A stretch of 64,000 bases of DNA from a virus (IMGVR_UViG_3300030376_008775:58739-122738); one strand, 5' to 3'; shown: positions 17,592-28,700, numbered from the stretch's first letter. Numbers and translations are program-made. Notes: generated from the letters alone by a model not told the origin.

Positions 17592-18420
17592 AATTGGAAT
17601 AATTGGAAATGGATTTGTAGGATCTGCTATAGCGGCCGGCTTTGGACTGCACACAAATGTATCTATATATGACGTGTCACCAGAAAAAAGTCTCAATTCT
17701 TTTGAAGAAACAATAACAGCAGATTTTGTTTTTGTTTCTGTGCCAACTCCAATGAGTTTAAAGAAAAAAAACGAGATTGATTTAAGTATTATTGTCTCTG
17801 TTTTCAAAAAAATATCCGAGTTTAAAAATCTAAACAAAGATACAATTTTTATTCTTAAATCAACGGTGGTTCCACAAACGACGTTAGAGTTGTCTAAACA
17901 ATTCCCTAATCTAAACATTGTTTTCAATCCAGAGTTTTTAACTGAAAGATCAGCTAGATTAGATTTTATTAATGCTTCTAGGATTGTTATAGGAGGACCA
18001 CAACATCTTTGTGATAGAGTTGAAAACTTGTATCGTATTAGGTTTCCACATACAAAAATCATCAAGACAGATAGTTGCACAGCAGAATTTATAAAATATC
18101 TTTGTAATACTTTTTTTGCTACGAAAGTTAGTTTTATGAATGAGATGAAACAAATAAGTGATAAACTAAATTTAGACTGGGACAAGGCAATGGATGGATT
18201 TATTTCTGATGGTAGAATAGGAAATTCACACTTAGATGTTCCTGGTCATGATGGTAGTCCTGGATTCGGCGGAAAATGTTTTCCTAAAGATATCAATGCT
18301 TTGATAAATTTTTGTAAAAAAAATAATATAGATCCAAAAATTTTAATTGCTGCTTGGGAAAAAAATCTAGAGGTCCGTAATAACCACGATTGGAATAGTA
18401 TCGAGGGAGCAACAAGTTGA
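17578..18420 (+). CDS. UDP-glucose/GDP-mannose dehydrogenase family, lacking the C-terminal domain
   Basis: IGIIGNGFVG, VSVPTP, KSTVVP, FNPEFLTE, AEFIKY..N, GFGGKCFPKD. Confidence 0.85.
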   Translation: MKMYKIGIIGNGFVGSAIAAGFGLHTNVSIYDVSPEKSLNSFEETITADFVFVSVPTPMSLKKKNEIDLSIIVSVFKKISEFKNLNKDTIFILKSTVVPQTTLELSKQFPNLNIVFNPEFLTERSARLDFINASRIVIGGPQHLCDRVENLYRIRFPHTKIIKTDSCTAEFIKYLCNTFFATKVSFMNEMKQISDKLNLDWDKAMDGFISDGRIGNSHLDVPGHDGSPGFGGKCFPKDINALINFCKKNNIDPKILIAAWEKNLEVRNNHDWNSIEGATS

Positions 18421-19283
18421 GAGTTATAGTTACTGGCGGCGAAGGATTTGTAGGGTCAAACCTTATTAAACACTTAGTTCAACAAGATGAGATCCACAGC
18501 GTTTTTAGCTTGGACAATCAATTTACTAGCAGTAAAGACAATATAGTTCATAATAAAAAAGTAAGGTATTGGACTGGCTCCACTACCAGTATCAATAGAA
18601 TTTTAATGAATTGGGATGTAGATGCTGTTTTTCATTTTGGAGAATACTCAAGAATTGATCCTAGTTTTGATGATCTTGATGATGTATTTAACTATAATAT
18701 GAAGGGTACCTGGGAAGTAATACAATATTGCAAAAAAAAGAAAATACCTATGATATACTCGGGCTCAAGCAGTAAATTTGGCCACGATAAAAATCAACAT
18801 TTATCTCCGTATGCCTGGACAAAAGCAAAAAATACAGAGATAATTAAAAATTTTTCTGATTGGTTCGGCTTAGAATATAAGATTTTATATTTTCATAATG
18901 TGTATGGCCCCGGACAAATAATGGAAGGAAAATACGCAACAGTTATAGGAATTTTTGAAAAACAAGTAGAAAATGATAAGCCAATAACAGTAGTTTCACC
19001 CGGTTCTCAGAGAAGAGATTTTACGCATGTTGATGATATCGTTGATGGAATTTGGAAAGCGTATAAGAATGCACCTCCGAATACAGAATTTAGCCTAGGC
19101 ACAGGCACAAACTATTCTATTATGGAAATAGCTGAAGCATTTGACCATACTATTGAAGTAATACCCTCAAAAAGAGGCGAACGAAACACTTCTTTAGCCG
19201 ACATAGAAAATACTACAAAAGTCTTAAAATGGCGTCCTACAATCGACGTCATCGAATACATTAAAAACAAAAGGAGAAAATAA
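18417..19283 (+). CDS. NAD-dependent sugar epimerase/dehydratase (extended SDR)
   Basis: VTGGEGFVG, YSGSSS, SPYAWTK (YxxxK), FHNVYGP, RRDFTHVDD. Confidence 0.9.
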   Translation: MRVIVTGGEGFVGSNLIKHLVQQDEIHSVFSLDNQFTSSKDNIVHNKKVRYWTGSTTSINRILMNWDVDAVFHFGEYSRIDPSFDDLDDVFNYNMKGTWEVIQYCKKKKIPMIYSGSSSKFGHDKNQHLSPYAWTKAKNTEIIKNFSDWFGLEYKILYFHNVYGPGQIMEGKYATVIGIFEKQVENDKPITVVSPGSQRRDFTHVDDIVDGIWKAYKNAPPNTEFSLGTGTNYSIMEIAEAFDHTIEVIPSKRGERNTSLADIENTTKVLKWRPTIDVIEYIKNKRRK

Positions 19284-19483
19284 TGTTAAAACTTTCGGAT
19301 GAAGCCCTCGGCGCAGTTATGATGGCGCTACAAAAATCATTGATGGAACAAAGTGATATTGTACCAGTTCTAAAAGGATTTAATTTTCAAACAAATGAAA
19401 ATGATGAATTGTTTGTAATGAATCCCCCAACTTTTAAAATGAGTCACGAGGATGTGGAAACTTTGATTGATACTGATGCCTAA
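19283..19483 (+). CDS. hypothetical protein
   Basis: 66 aa with AGGAG RBS; translationally coupled. Confidence 0.65.
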   Translation: MLKLSDEALGAVMMALQKSLMEQSDIVPVLKGFNFQTNENDELFVMNPPTFKMSHEDVETLIDTDA

Positions 19484-19751
19484 ATATTTTTATTCGTGTA
19501 AAGAGTGTGATCATTCTTTTAGGGCGTATCATAGCGGAAAAGAAAGGTTAAAAAATTGTCCACAGTGTGATACAATTGATGGACTGGTTCGCCAAGTCAA
19601 TAAAGTATTTATTAGCAAGCAAACGCTATCTGATACAAAAAAAGTTGGCGAATTAACTAAAGAGTTCATAGAAGATAATCGTGAAATCTTAAAAGATATT
19701 AAAAAGGAGTTTAAAGATAATGAATATAGTGGCGAAAATAACACTGATTAG
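19476..19751 (+). CDS. FmdB-family zinc-ribbon protein
   Basis: MPKYFYSCKEC..F...CPQC pattern; the ATG at 19476 is preferred over the TTG at 19467. Confidence 0.75.
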   Translation: MPKYFYSCKECDHSFRAYHSGKERLKNCPQCDTIDGLVRQVNKVFISKQTLSDTKKVGELTKEFIEDNREILKDIKKEFKDNEYSGENNTD

Positions 19752-20115
19752 CTCTGTAATTTTAAATTCTTTTCTTTTGATATATTTGTTTGGATTAATA
19801 CCATTCTTTTTATTCATATCTGCTGTTACAAATTTAGCTTTTTTGTCTTACCTTTCTTATCTTCTTAGGGAAAGAACGGATCTTCAAAATGATTTTTTTG
19901 ATTTGCTAGGAAGCATAGAAACTTATTCGAATAAGCTTGTGAGTACTTATGAATTAGAAATGTTTTACGGTGATGATACCTTAGAAGATCTACTACGTAA
20001 CTCTAAAATATTAGTCAATAAATTTTATGATTATGAGGACAAATATTACACAGAACCGCAAGGAAATAACGAAGATAATGACACAGAAGCCCAAGAAACG
20101 CAGAGCGCCCCGTAA
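19720..20115 (+). CDS. hypothetical membrane protein
   Basis: Long hydrophobic N-terminus (1-2 TM segments) followed by YELEMFYGDDTL. Confidence 0.6.
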   Translation: MNIVAKITLISSVILNSFLLIYLFGLIPFFLFISAVTNLAFLSYLSYLLRERTDLQNDFFDLLGSIETYSNKLVSTYELEMFYGDDTLEDLLRNSKILVNKFYDYEDKYYTEPQGNNEDNDTEAQETQSAP

Positions 20116-20785
20116 AAAAAATCTATACTTTACTAAAGTTCACGAACAAGCAATTATTGAATATGCACTATCTGATTGCAACAAAGAGAAAACAGAGTTG
20201 TATTTAAGTCTTATACAGCCAGCATTTAGTGAAATGGTAGATAAAATTGTTTATACGTATAAGTTTACAAATTTGCCAAACATCGATTATTTAAAAGATG
20301 ATTGCAAGATATGGCTTACTACAATTTTAGACAAATATGATCCAAATAGAAAATCAAAAGCTTTTTCGTATTTTAGCGTTATAACCAAAAATTGGTTTAT
20401 TCACAAAGTTAAAAAGAATTCCAAAAGTTTAAAAAGAGAAATATGCTATGAAGATTTTGCACAGACAAATACCCATCAAGAAAGTCTAGTTGTAGAAAAT
20501 GGATATTACGACGCGCGCCACCATTATGAATTTATGCAAAATTTAAAAAAAGAGATTTCGAATTGGGAGCAATTAAATCTCAAAGACAACGAAAGAAAAA
20601 TCTTGAATGCAATTAAAATTCTTTTTGATAGTGTTGATGATATAGAAATTTTTAATAAAAAAGCTATTTACCTTTACATAAGAGAAATTACTGGCTTGAA
20701 TACAAAACAGGTTGTTAATAATCTGAATAAGATGAGAATCAGGTACAGAGATTTCAAATGTAAGTGGGATAAAGGCGAAATTTAA
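20078..20785 (+). CDS. phage sigma factor, T4 gp55-like (late transcription)
   Basis: Region-2-like LDKYDPNRKSKAFSYFSVITKNWF; lies at the head of the structural block. The ATG at 20078 is chosen over the ORF-track start at 20027. Confidence 0.65.
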   Translation: MTQKPKKRRAPRKKNLYFTKVHEQAIIEYALSDCNKEKTELYLSLIQPAFSEMVDKIVYTYKFTNLPNIDYLKDDCKIWLTTILDKYDPNRKSKAFSYFSVITKNWFIHKVKKNSKSLKREICYEDFAQTNTHQESLVVENGYYDARHHYEFMQNLKKEISNWEQLNLKDNERKILNAIKILFDSVDDIEIFNKKAIYLYIREITGLNTKQVVNNLNKMRIRYRDFKCKWDKGEI

Positions 20786-20787
20786 AA

Positions 20788-21084
20788 ATGGCTAAAAAAA
20801 ACAACAACTTAGATTCTCTTATAGAGGAATCTCTTGATAATATACGTCAAGATAGAGCTGTTGCATCAACTCTTTTAGTCGATATTGTATCGCACATCAA
20901 AACTAATAAGCACGAGCATAAAGAATCTGGCCAAGTAGCGGCTAAATATCTAGAAACGCTACAGAGATCAAATGAACAATTGGTGAAGTTAAACACATTG
21001 TTATTTAAGAAAAGTTCAATGTCTGATGGCCTCACTGATCACGACAAAGAAGAATTATATAATTTGATTAACAAGGAGGAGTAA
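20788..21084 (+). CDS. hypothetical helical protein
   Basis: 98 aa, directly after the sigma gene. Confidence 0.65.
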   Translation: MAKKNNNLDSLIEESLDNIRQDRAVASTLLVDIVSHIKTNKHEHKESGQVAAKYLETLQRSNEQLVKLNTLLFKKSSMSDGLTDHDKEELYNLINKEE

Positions 21085-21086
21085 TT

Positions 21087-24000
21087 TTGTCAGACACACC
21101 TCCTAATGATAATGTTGATAATTCTAATTTAAGATTTGATCAACAAAAATATGCCGATCTCAATTCTCAGATCAGGCCTAAATCCTATAAGCCTGTTCGA
21201 ACTTCTTACAGTAGTCGTATAGGTGAAATAAGAAATGCTCTTAATGAAAGAGTCAAAGACAACGAAACTGAAGGAGTAAATGAGTTTTTAGCTCGTGTAT
21301 TGAGAGTTGAAAATAAAAATAATGATAACCAAGATGATTCTGGAGTTATTAATTGGTTTGGATCTTTGTTTGAAGATGAGAAAGTAACACCTCCTGTAAT
21401 TACTGCAATTATTGATGCTGACGTGCACGCACTGGCCTGGGGTCGAAGCGGCGTAGGACATCCAGATTTTATTTTACCAAACGATAATGGTCAAGGTGGA
21501 AGCGCAAACGCTAATGATATAATTAATAAAATCAGAGATGCGCATAAAGGCAAATTTACAGCTCCGAACAACGGCGTTCCTGTTCCAAAAGTCGGAGAAT
21601 TAGTTTGGGTAACTTTTGCTGACTTAGAAAATAGAAAAGACGGAGTTTATTTAAGGCCACTAATAGATCGTGATAGCAATTCAGATGTTGACAGTAATTC
21701 ACAAGCCGGCGATAATAATTCAAAAAAAGATCCGTGCAATAAACTAAAAAGTAAGAGACCAAAAGGAAGAAGTACTAGAAATAAAAACGCAGCTGCAGGA
21801 TCGAGATCAAATAGAGGCAGAAAAGAAAGCATCGATGCTAAAAAAGAAAGAGGCCAACCTCCAATTGGAAAAGGTGTGTTTACCGGATTTCCAGATGTAA
21901 AAACACATAAAGTAAGCCAAGCACTACATTGTAGTTTAAATTTTGTTTGTTATACAGGCCTAAAACAGGATAAAGACGGCAATATAGAATCTGCCAATAT
22001 AAGTAAAATAAAAAAATTCGCTAAGAAATACCATAAAAATGGAATAAGAACTTATATTATGGGCTACCCTGCTTATGGCCACGAAGAACAATTTTTAGCT
22101 AAACTTTTTTCGTTGGCTAATTCTGGTGATGCAATTGGTGTAATATTAAACCTAGATCATTATTATGGCGGCAAAGCTGCTGAAAGTCCGTATGAGAAAG
22201 AAAATTATCTAATGAGCGAGTTTAAAAAATACGCTGATAAGAAAAATTTTGCCACTGGTTTGACAGCAACTGATATTGCGGCCAATCCAAATATACCTTG
22301 GAAGATATTTGCAGAACCTAAAACAGGTGTTGATTTTGCAATACCTCAAGTTTTTGCACAAGAATATAACTCTTTAAGAGATCAACAGATAGAAAAAGCT
22401 GCTCCAACTCCCCCTCCGGAAGCCTCGGAGGGACAGCCAACTTCTTTTGATAGTTTGTTACCTGGAACGTATCACGATATCGCTGAGATTGCCCAACTTC
22501 CCGAAGGATTTTTAGAAAAATGGGACTCTTCAACTGGGTTTGATTCTGTGGGTGGAGAAAATTCTGATTTTAATGTTCGTAGTCTTTTCATGAAAGCCGC
22601 TGCAGAGATAGTAGAACAATATTGGAAACAGATACTTCCGGGTCAAAATCCTAAAGTATTTATTACTAGTCACCATCGTCCCGGCGCCGGAAAAGGAAAT
22701 CATACTACTGGTGGTGCTTTTGATATAAGGATCGAACTTGGCGATCATCAAAGAGGTGAAGCACCAGTGTCTGATCGTGTGCCGGTGCTACAAACTTGGG
22801 CTAGCCTTAAAAAATTGCAACTTGCAGGAAGGATACCTCTTGGAGGTACCGGAATATATTTAAATACTGAAACGAGCGGTACAAAAACAGGAATTAGCGG
22901 TCTACGACCTGATCAGGCCGGTAGCATTACCGGCGGTACTGGACTTAAGGCCGGCCCAGGAGGCTCTGCAGCACCGCATTATGATATGAGAGGGTTTTTG
23001 TATGTTGGAGGCGGTAAAACAAGAAACACAATATGGGTTAATCTAGACACGAATGCGGATGGAAAAGATGATATTAAAAGTTCTGCGACAGCGCGCTCAC
23101 GTTTAAGAAAAGATGGTCTTGGCGAAGTTGCTGATTACCTTTATCGAGACGATGGCACCTGGGCAAACGATGGTAATTATACCGATGGTTACTTACCCGC
23201 CGTTGGACCGGGAGTGCAAAATATGCTTCAAGTTTTAGGCTTGGACAGTCAACCTCCAGTAGAGATTCTTTCTTCAGCTGAGGGCCCATTTGTTAAGAAA
23301 TTTATGGCTTGGAAACAAACTGGATTTAAACATATTGTTCCTGGATTAGGTATGATAGGTGATTCTCCAAATCCAAATGGATGGATTCCAGATGCCTATA
23401 ATACTGTTCATAAGTCTCCTGCGCGCATGAGAGAAGACGCAACCTGGACGTTTACTTCTGTAAAGGATGCGTTAGGCACATCAATGGCTAACGCTGCTAT
23501 ATGGTGGGACTGGGAGGGCGCTAGCCGCACAGCAGTAAACTGGCCAGAAAAAAGATGGGATGTCATACGAGAATTAGGTGATGCGATCGCCACCGCACAA
23601 AAATTAAACAAAATTAAAAATTCATCAATTTCTCAAGCTGAAAAAGACAAAATAATTAATTGGCAGCTTGGAACGTTTATGAAGTCTAGTGATAGTCCCG
23701 GCGAGGCAAAAACAAAACAACAGAAGAAAGAAGATCCTCCACCGGAGCCTCCAGCAGATAAAACTCCAAGTGAAACACCAGCAGAAGCAACGCCAACTCC
23801 AAGCGGTTTAACAGAAGAGAAAAGACAAGAAATACAAAACAATATTGACAACAGAACAAAGCAGTTGAAAGCAAAAGAAGCAGAGCTATCTCAACTCAAG
23901 ACAGAACTTACAAATGCGCAAAATGCTGGTACTAACACCGATACACAATTAGCAGCGATTAAAACAAAAACAGAGGAGATTAGACAAGAAGTAGCACAGA

Positions 24001-24791
24001 TAAATAATTTAAGAGCGCAACTAGGACAAGAAGCAATTGCTGGATCTTCCGGAGAGCCAAAAGATCCTTGTGCAAACCTTACTTTGGGAAAACCTACAAA
24101 AATAGATCCGGAGCTTCCTGGAGTTGAATTTCTTGATTATGGTTTAAAAAAAGGAAAGCCATTAAAGTCTAGAAGCTACGTTGTTATTCACGAGCCGGGC
24201 GGCGGTACAAAAGTTGAAGGAGTGTTAAGATATCTTAAAAAAGAAGGCAATAGTGTACATTTTACCGTCTCGATGAGAGGAAAAGTTCAACAACACGCAA
24301 GTATGCAACTAGCTACTTTTCACGCTGGGAACAGTGTGAATTATAATTCAATCGGAATAGAAGTAATGAATCCATCTCCTGAAGGCGCCCCTGGTAAAAA
24401 ATATAAGCCTGGATCTAGACAACAACTAGAAGCTTTGTGGACACTTGCTAAAAAAATTGCTAAAGCTGGTAGTCCTGAAATTCCTCTTTCATTTGTCGCA
24501 GCTGCTAAAAATAACGAGCCGTACAAGTGGAGAGAAAAACTACCTTTAAAGCCAGGAATACACGCTCATAGAATGCAAGGAAATACTAACCATAGCGACG
24601 GAGCGTTTCCAGTACTCTATATGAGTTTGAGAAATCAAGGCCTAGGCCCAGGTGATGCATATAAAAAGGCTTTGGATTTGTTCTCTAAAAAATCTGGTGT
24701 AAAAGTTCCTCTTGTTGAGCAAGCAGCTCCCGAAGAGACACCAGAAACACCTAGTCCAGAAACACCTAGTCCAGAAACTGCAGGAAGTTAA
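21087..24791 (+). CDS. multi-domain baseplate-hub/virion lysin (OB-like, GH-like barrel with M15-like peptidase, coiled coil, Amidase_2)
   Basis: PVPKVGELVWVTF (gp5/VgrG OB-like). SHHRPG..NHTTGGAFD..GTGIY..HYDMRG (M15-like Zn peptidase). VVIHEPGG..SVHF..TFHAG..NYNSIGIEV..HAHR (amidase). TTG start with GGAGG upstream. Confidence 0.65.
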   Translation: MSDTPPNDNVDNSNLRFDQQKYADLNSQIRPKSYKPVRTSYSSRIGEIRNALNERVKDNETEGVNEFLARVLRVENKNNDNQDDSGVINWFGSLFEDEKVTPPVITAIIDADVHALAWGRSGVGHPDFILPNDNGQGGSANANDIINKIRDAHKGKFTAPNNGVPVPKVGELVWVTFADLENRKDGVYLRPLIDRDSNSDVDSNSQAGDNNSKKDPCNKLKSKRPKGRSTRNKNAAAGSRSNRGRKESIDAKKERGQPPIGKGVFTGFPDVKTHKVSQALHCSLNFVCYTGLKQDKDGNIESANISKIKKFAKKYHKNGIRTYIMGYPAYGHEEQFLAKLFSLANSGDAIGVILNLDHYYGGKAAESPYEKENYLMSEFKKYADKKNFATGLTATDIAANPNIPWKIFAEPKTGVDFAIPQVFAQEYNSLRDQQIEKAAPTPPPEASEGQPTSFDSLLPGTYHDIAEIAQLPEGFLEKWDSSTGFDSVGGENSDFNVRSLFMKAAAEIVEQYWKQILPGQNPKVFITSHHRPGAGKGNHTTGGAFDIRIELGDHQRGEAPVSDRVPVLQTWASLKKLQLAGRIPLGGTGIYLNTETSGTKTGISGLRPDQAGSITGGTGLKAGPGGSAAPHYDMRGFLYVGGGKTRNTIWVNLDTNADGKDDIKSSATARSRLRKDGLGEVADYLYRDDGTWANDGNYTDGYLPAVGPGVQNMLQVLGLDSQPPVEILSSAEGPFVKKFMAWKQTGFKHIVPGLGMIGDSPNPNGWIPDAYNTVHKSPARMREDATWTFTSVKDALGTSMANAAIWWDWEGASRTAVNWPEKRWDVIRELGDAIATAQKLNKIKNSSISQAEKDKIINWQLGTFMKSSDSPGEAKTKQQKKEDPPPEPPADKTPSETPAEATPTPSGLTEEKRQEIQNNIDNRTKQLKAKEAELSQLKTELTNAQNAGTNTDTQLAAIKTKTEEIRQEVAQINNLRAQLGQEAIAGSSGEPKDPCANLTLGKPTKIDPELPGVEFLDYGLKKGKPLKSRSYVVIHEPGGGTKVEGVLRYLKKEGNSVHFTVSMRGKVQQHASMQLATFHAGNSVNYNSIGIEVMNPSPEGAPGKKYKPGSRQQLEALWTLAKKIAKAGSPEIPLSFVAAAKNNEPYKWREKLPLKPGIHAHRMQGNTNHSDGAFPVLYMSLRNQGLGPGDAYKKALDLFSKKSGVKVPLVEQAAPEETPETPSPETPSPETAGS
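24741..24778 (+). repeat. 15-bp coding tandem repeat (PETPS)
   Basis: CCAGAAACACCTAGT twice, plus a partial third copy. Confidence 0.85.
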
Positions 24792-24793
24792 TA

Positions 24794-25726
24794 ATGACAG
24801 ATTTAGTAGATAAGACCGGATGGTCAAAGAAAACATTAGAGGCGTTTAGACGAGGCGCCAAAGGTATCGACAACTCAATTATGGCAGAAGGCCTGCCAAT
24901 TTATAATGAGGCCGTAAATGAAATTGTAGAAAAAGGAAGAAACAATACTTATATAGTTTTGGGCCGCGACCGCCCCGGTGGCAAAACTTCTGGATACGGT
25001 GGTCTTGGAGCAAGTCACTGCGGTGCAATTAGTTTGGTCGCAGGCAGAAGAGGCCAGAAAGCAGCCGACATTGATGACAAAGGCAACATAATGTATGCTG
25101 ATCCAAACCATAGAACGGACGCAGCATTTATTTATATTTCACAAAAAACAGATGTCGATATTAACCTTAATTTAGCAGATGGTAAAGTTGGAAACGCAAT
25201 TGCAAAGTCTGCAGTTGTTCTAAAAGCGGATAATCTTCGTTTTATATCCAGGCAAGGTGTTAAGATAGTTACTGGAACAGATGATAAGTTATCAACAGAT
25301 GGGCCATCAGAAGCAGTCTATGGCGTTGATATTATTGCTGGTAATAATGATAAGGATCTTCAGCCGATGGTAAAAGGTGATAATTTGATTGAGTGTTTGG
25401 GAGAACTTAAAGAAGAGATATCAAAATTAAATGGAGCTTTGACAGGTTTTGTAAATTATCAAAAAGACTTTAATTTAGCAACTTTAAATCATTATCATAT
25501 TTCAAGCTGGGCCCTGGGCCCGACTTCTCCAACAATAATCACCCCCGGAGATCCTTTGAGCACCCAAGGGCCAAAAATAATTAAAAAACAAACAGAGAGA
25601 ACTCTTAGAACTCTATCTAATCAAAGATATAATTTAAATCGTCTTGAAACAACTTATCTTCGTAGAGGCCACGCAAAAGATGGCAAAACAAATTATATAA
25701 ACTCTTTATATAATAATGTAAACTAA
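24794..25726 (+). CDS. putative baseplate central spike protein
   Basis: Beta-rich repeats (IVLGRDR, AFIYISQKTD, VVLKADNLRFISR), PMVKGDNL, and an H-x-H (HYH) apex-like motif; follows the hub/lysin gene. Confidence 0.55.
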   Translation: MTDLVDKTGWSKKTLEAFRRGAKGIDNSIMAEGLPIYNEAVNEIVEKGRNNTYIVLGRDRPGGKTSGYGGLGASHCGAISLVAGRRGQKAADIDDKGNIMYADPNHRTDAAFIYISQKTDVDINLNLADGKVGNAIAKSAVVLKADNLRFISRQGVKIVTGTDDKLSTDGPSEAVYGVDIIAGNNDKDLQPMVKGDNLIECLGELKEEISKLNGALTGFVNYQKDFNLATLNHYHISSWALGPTSPTIITPGDPLSTQGPKIIKKQTERTLRTLSNQRYNLNRLETTYLRRGHAKDGKTNYINSLYNNVN

Positions 25727-25753
25727 TAATATTAAAAGAGAATAAGTACTAAT

Positions 25754-28700
25754 ATGGCAAACGCAACAAAAGAGCAAATAAATCAACTTTGGAAAAGATT
25801 ATTAACAGCCCACAAAGAACCAGATCCATTTAAAAAATTAGATATTTTATCTGCTTCTCCTGCTGTTAAGAGTTTTGATGCCGGATGTGTAGACGGCAGT
25901 GATATGTCGATTTGTCCGGACAATAATATTTTCTTTAAAAATATTATAATGGAAGATGCTAGTTTAGAATATCCTTCTAAAATTGAGGGAGAAAACCCTA
26001 CTGATCTTAATACTAATGAGCAGAGCAAAAACGATAATTTGTCTGCCGCACAAAATTTAATTAATGTACCGGATATACCAGAGCCAGAGGATGGAACAAA
26101 CATTGGTGCGACACACTATGTTTTTATACCATCAACTTTTTATGGCGAAGAAAACTTTGCCGAAGCTGTTGTAAGAGCTGGATTTATATCTAGCAAAGAA
26201 AATCCTGAAAAAATTACAGAACTTGATATTGTTGTTAATGGAAAATACAATATGAGTAAGAATTTGTTTAAATCAGCAGTTTATGGTTCGGGCCCTCCTG
26301 AAAAAAGAATTAACTGGGGCCCCTCGGCTGTGATAGAAACACTTCCTCACTTTACTCCTGTACGTGTGATCAGAGAAGGTTTCGGAATCTTTGGTTATTT
26401 TTCACAAATAGCTTGGTATGATACAGACGAGATCAGTGGTACGGAAGAATGGAAAAATCTTGCGCGCCCAGTGGGATATAAAAGCCGTACTAATGACAAA
26501 AGCGACCAAAATTATGCTTTTATTGATAGCAGATTATTAAAAAGGTATCGTTCGTACTACGATAGCCTACAAGCTCTAGATTCTGTCTTGGAACAAGAAA
26601 TATCTAAAATTAAATTACATCCGAGTAATCCGGCAACTTTTATATTTGATTATTTAAAACGAGCTGATCTTCCACTTATTCAAACAAATGACCCAACTAA
26701 GTCCCCATCTTACGATAATATAGCAGACAGATCTTTATTTTTTAGTCCGATTTCTGATACGTATCAAGCGTTTTTTAATCAAGAGACACTAGAATACGTA
26801 GCAGTACTTAATCTTCCTACTAATACTACAATCGAAACGGCGAAAAAAGAAGGAATTAAATTTCTGCTAGAGTTCTATGGTAAAAGATTTGATGACTTTT
26901 TAATAGATCGTTTAATGTACCTAGGGGGAGACAATTATAATATTGGCACGCGCCCCCAAATTAACAACGCATCCTTTATACAAAATAAAACTCAAGGTTT
27001 GTTTGCAAAGGTTAAGCGAGTATCATCTTCTGAACGTCCCGATGGTTTAAAAACTTTTACTGTTGCTATTCCGGCTACGTATATGGATCACCCATCTTTA
27101 GAGCCAGATCTATCAAATTTATTAACAAGAAAGCAATACATTGATAGCGATATTGTTAGCTATTTGTACTGGCACAATCTGGCCGGGGAATTCTTCCTGA
27201 GGAACTTGCGGCTGCAAGATGATCTTCAAATTTTTAAAAAAAGAATTGAAGCCCATGAGGGATCTTTAACTATAACCTCGGCAGATATAGATGACAAGAT
27301 AAAAAGAATCACATCTTTTCGTGATCAAATGTTTGGTTTTCTAACGATTAATGATATAGATATGACCCGCAGTCCGAATGCGCTCGGTAAAGAGGAAATT
27401 GAATTTGGGTTAGACGATAACTTTAAAGTTGTTTTTGTTACGTATACTGATGAGACAGGCAAAGCGCGCTTTTTGAGAAAAGGTATGAATGTTCTCAATG
27501 AAGCAATCCAAGCTTTTGCCGATCCAACTACTAGCGCTTATTTGTTTTATGCTGATCAAATTCGCGAAGCTATAAAAGAAGATACGTATCACGGGATTGA
27601 TTTAGTTCAGAAGTTTACTTTTCCAATACCTGTCGCGCGCCCATCTGATAAAAGTCAAGAATCAGATTCGAATAGCAGCCCTGCTCCAAAAAAAGAAGAC
27701 GAGCAAGAAATTGAATCGCTACAGAAAAAAGATAGCAAGACCGCAGAAGATGTAAAAAAAGAAAATAGTCTCTTAGGTTCTCCTGAGAGAAAAAGATTTA
27801 AAGCAGAGATTGTTAACAAAGAAACATTTGATTCTGGAGACGAAGTTTATCAAAGTTTCGACAGGATAATAAATTCCTCTAACAGTGTCGAAGGCGTATT
27901 CAATAATGTCTTGGATAAAGCACCAGTGTATAATTTAATGGCAAAGTCTGCTCTTTGTTTAGCAAATCGATCTGATGCTCTTAGTGGTACAACACTTATC
28001 GAAGGTCTAGAATTAACACTCGACGCGTTACAGGATTTTACAAAAATAAAAAATCAAGTCGAGATTCTAAGTAAAAATTTGGATCAAATAGGGTTTGAGT
28101 TTCCAAAACTTAGTTATTCTGATGATCCTCTGGCAGAAATGTCAGACAATATAAGAATAGAAATATTAAATACTTTGAATACAGAACTGCTGCCAGTTGT
28201 GCAAACAGTTTTGCAAGATTTATCTAATTTTTGCCAAGGTTTGAACCTTAACTTGCCTTTAGAAAGTCCACCAGATTCAGATCCAAACTTTGATCAGCTA
28301 AGCCCAGATGAATTAGAAAACTTAAATAACTTATTTAACGCTTCTGCAAAAACAAATTTTCCAGGTGACCAAAATATATTTGACAGCCTGAACCCTGGAG
28401 CTTTGCAAAATATTCGCAGTAGTTTATATGAGATTGTAGAACAAATGTCGGGTATGCCACTAAGCCCACAAGTAGTTAGTGATTTACAAAATTTATTGCA
28501 AGTGCTTTCAAGTATACTGAGGCCTACAGAAATATGTAGTCTTTTGGCCGGCGAGGCAACTCAACTAGTATTGAGCATATGTCTTACAATAATAAGACAG
28601 CGAGAAGAATTTCTACTTCTAAGCGAATATCTTAACACCACTGACGCAGTTAAGAAGTTTTTTATAGGCTTAGGAAAATATGCTAATAAAAGCATATGCT

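Noticed and set aside
24741-24778. 15-bp tandem repeat as a regulatory or CRISPR-like element
   Set aside because: It is in frame, has no spacers, and only encodes a PETPS low-complexity tail.
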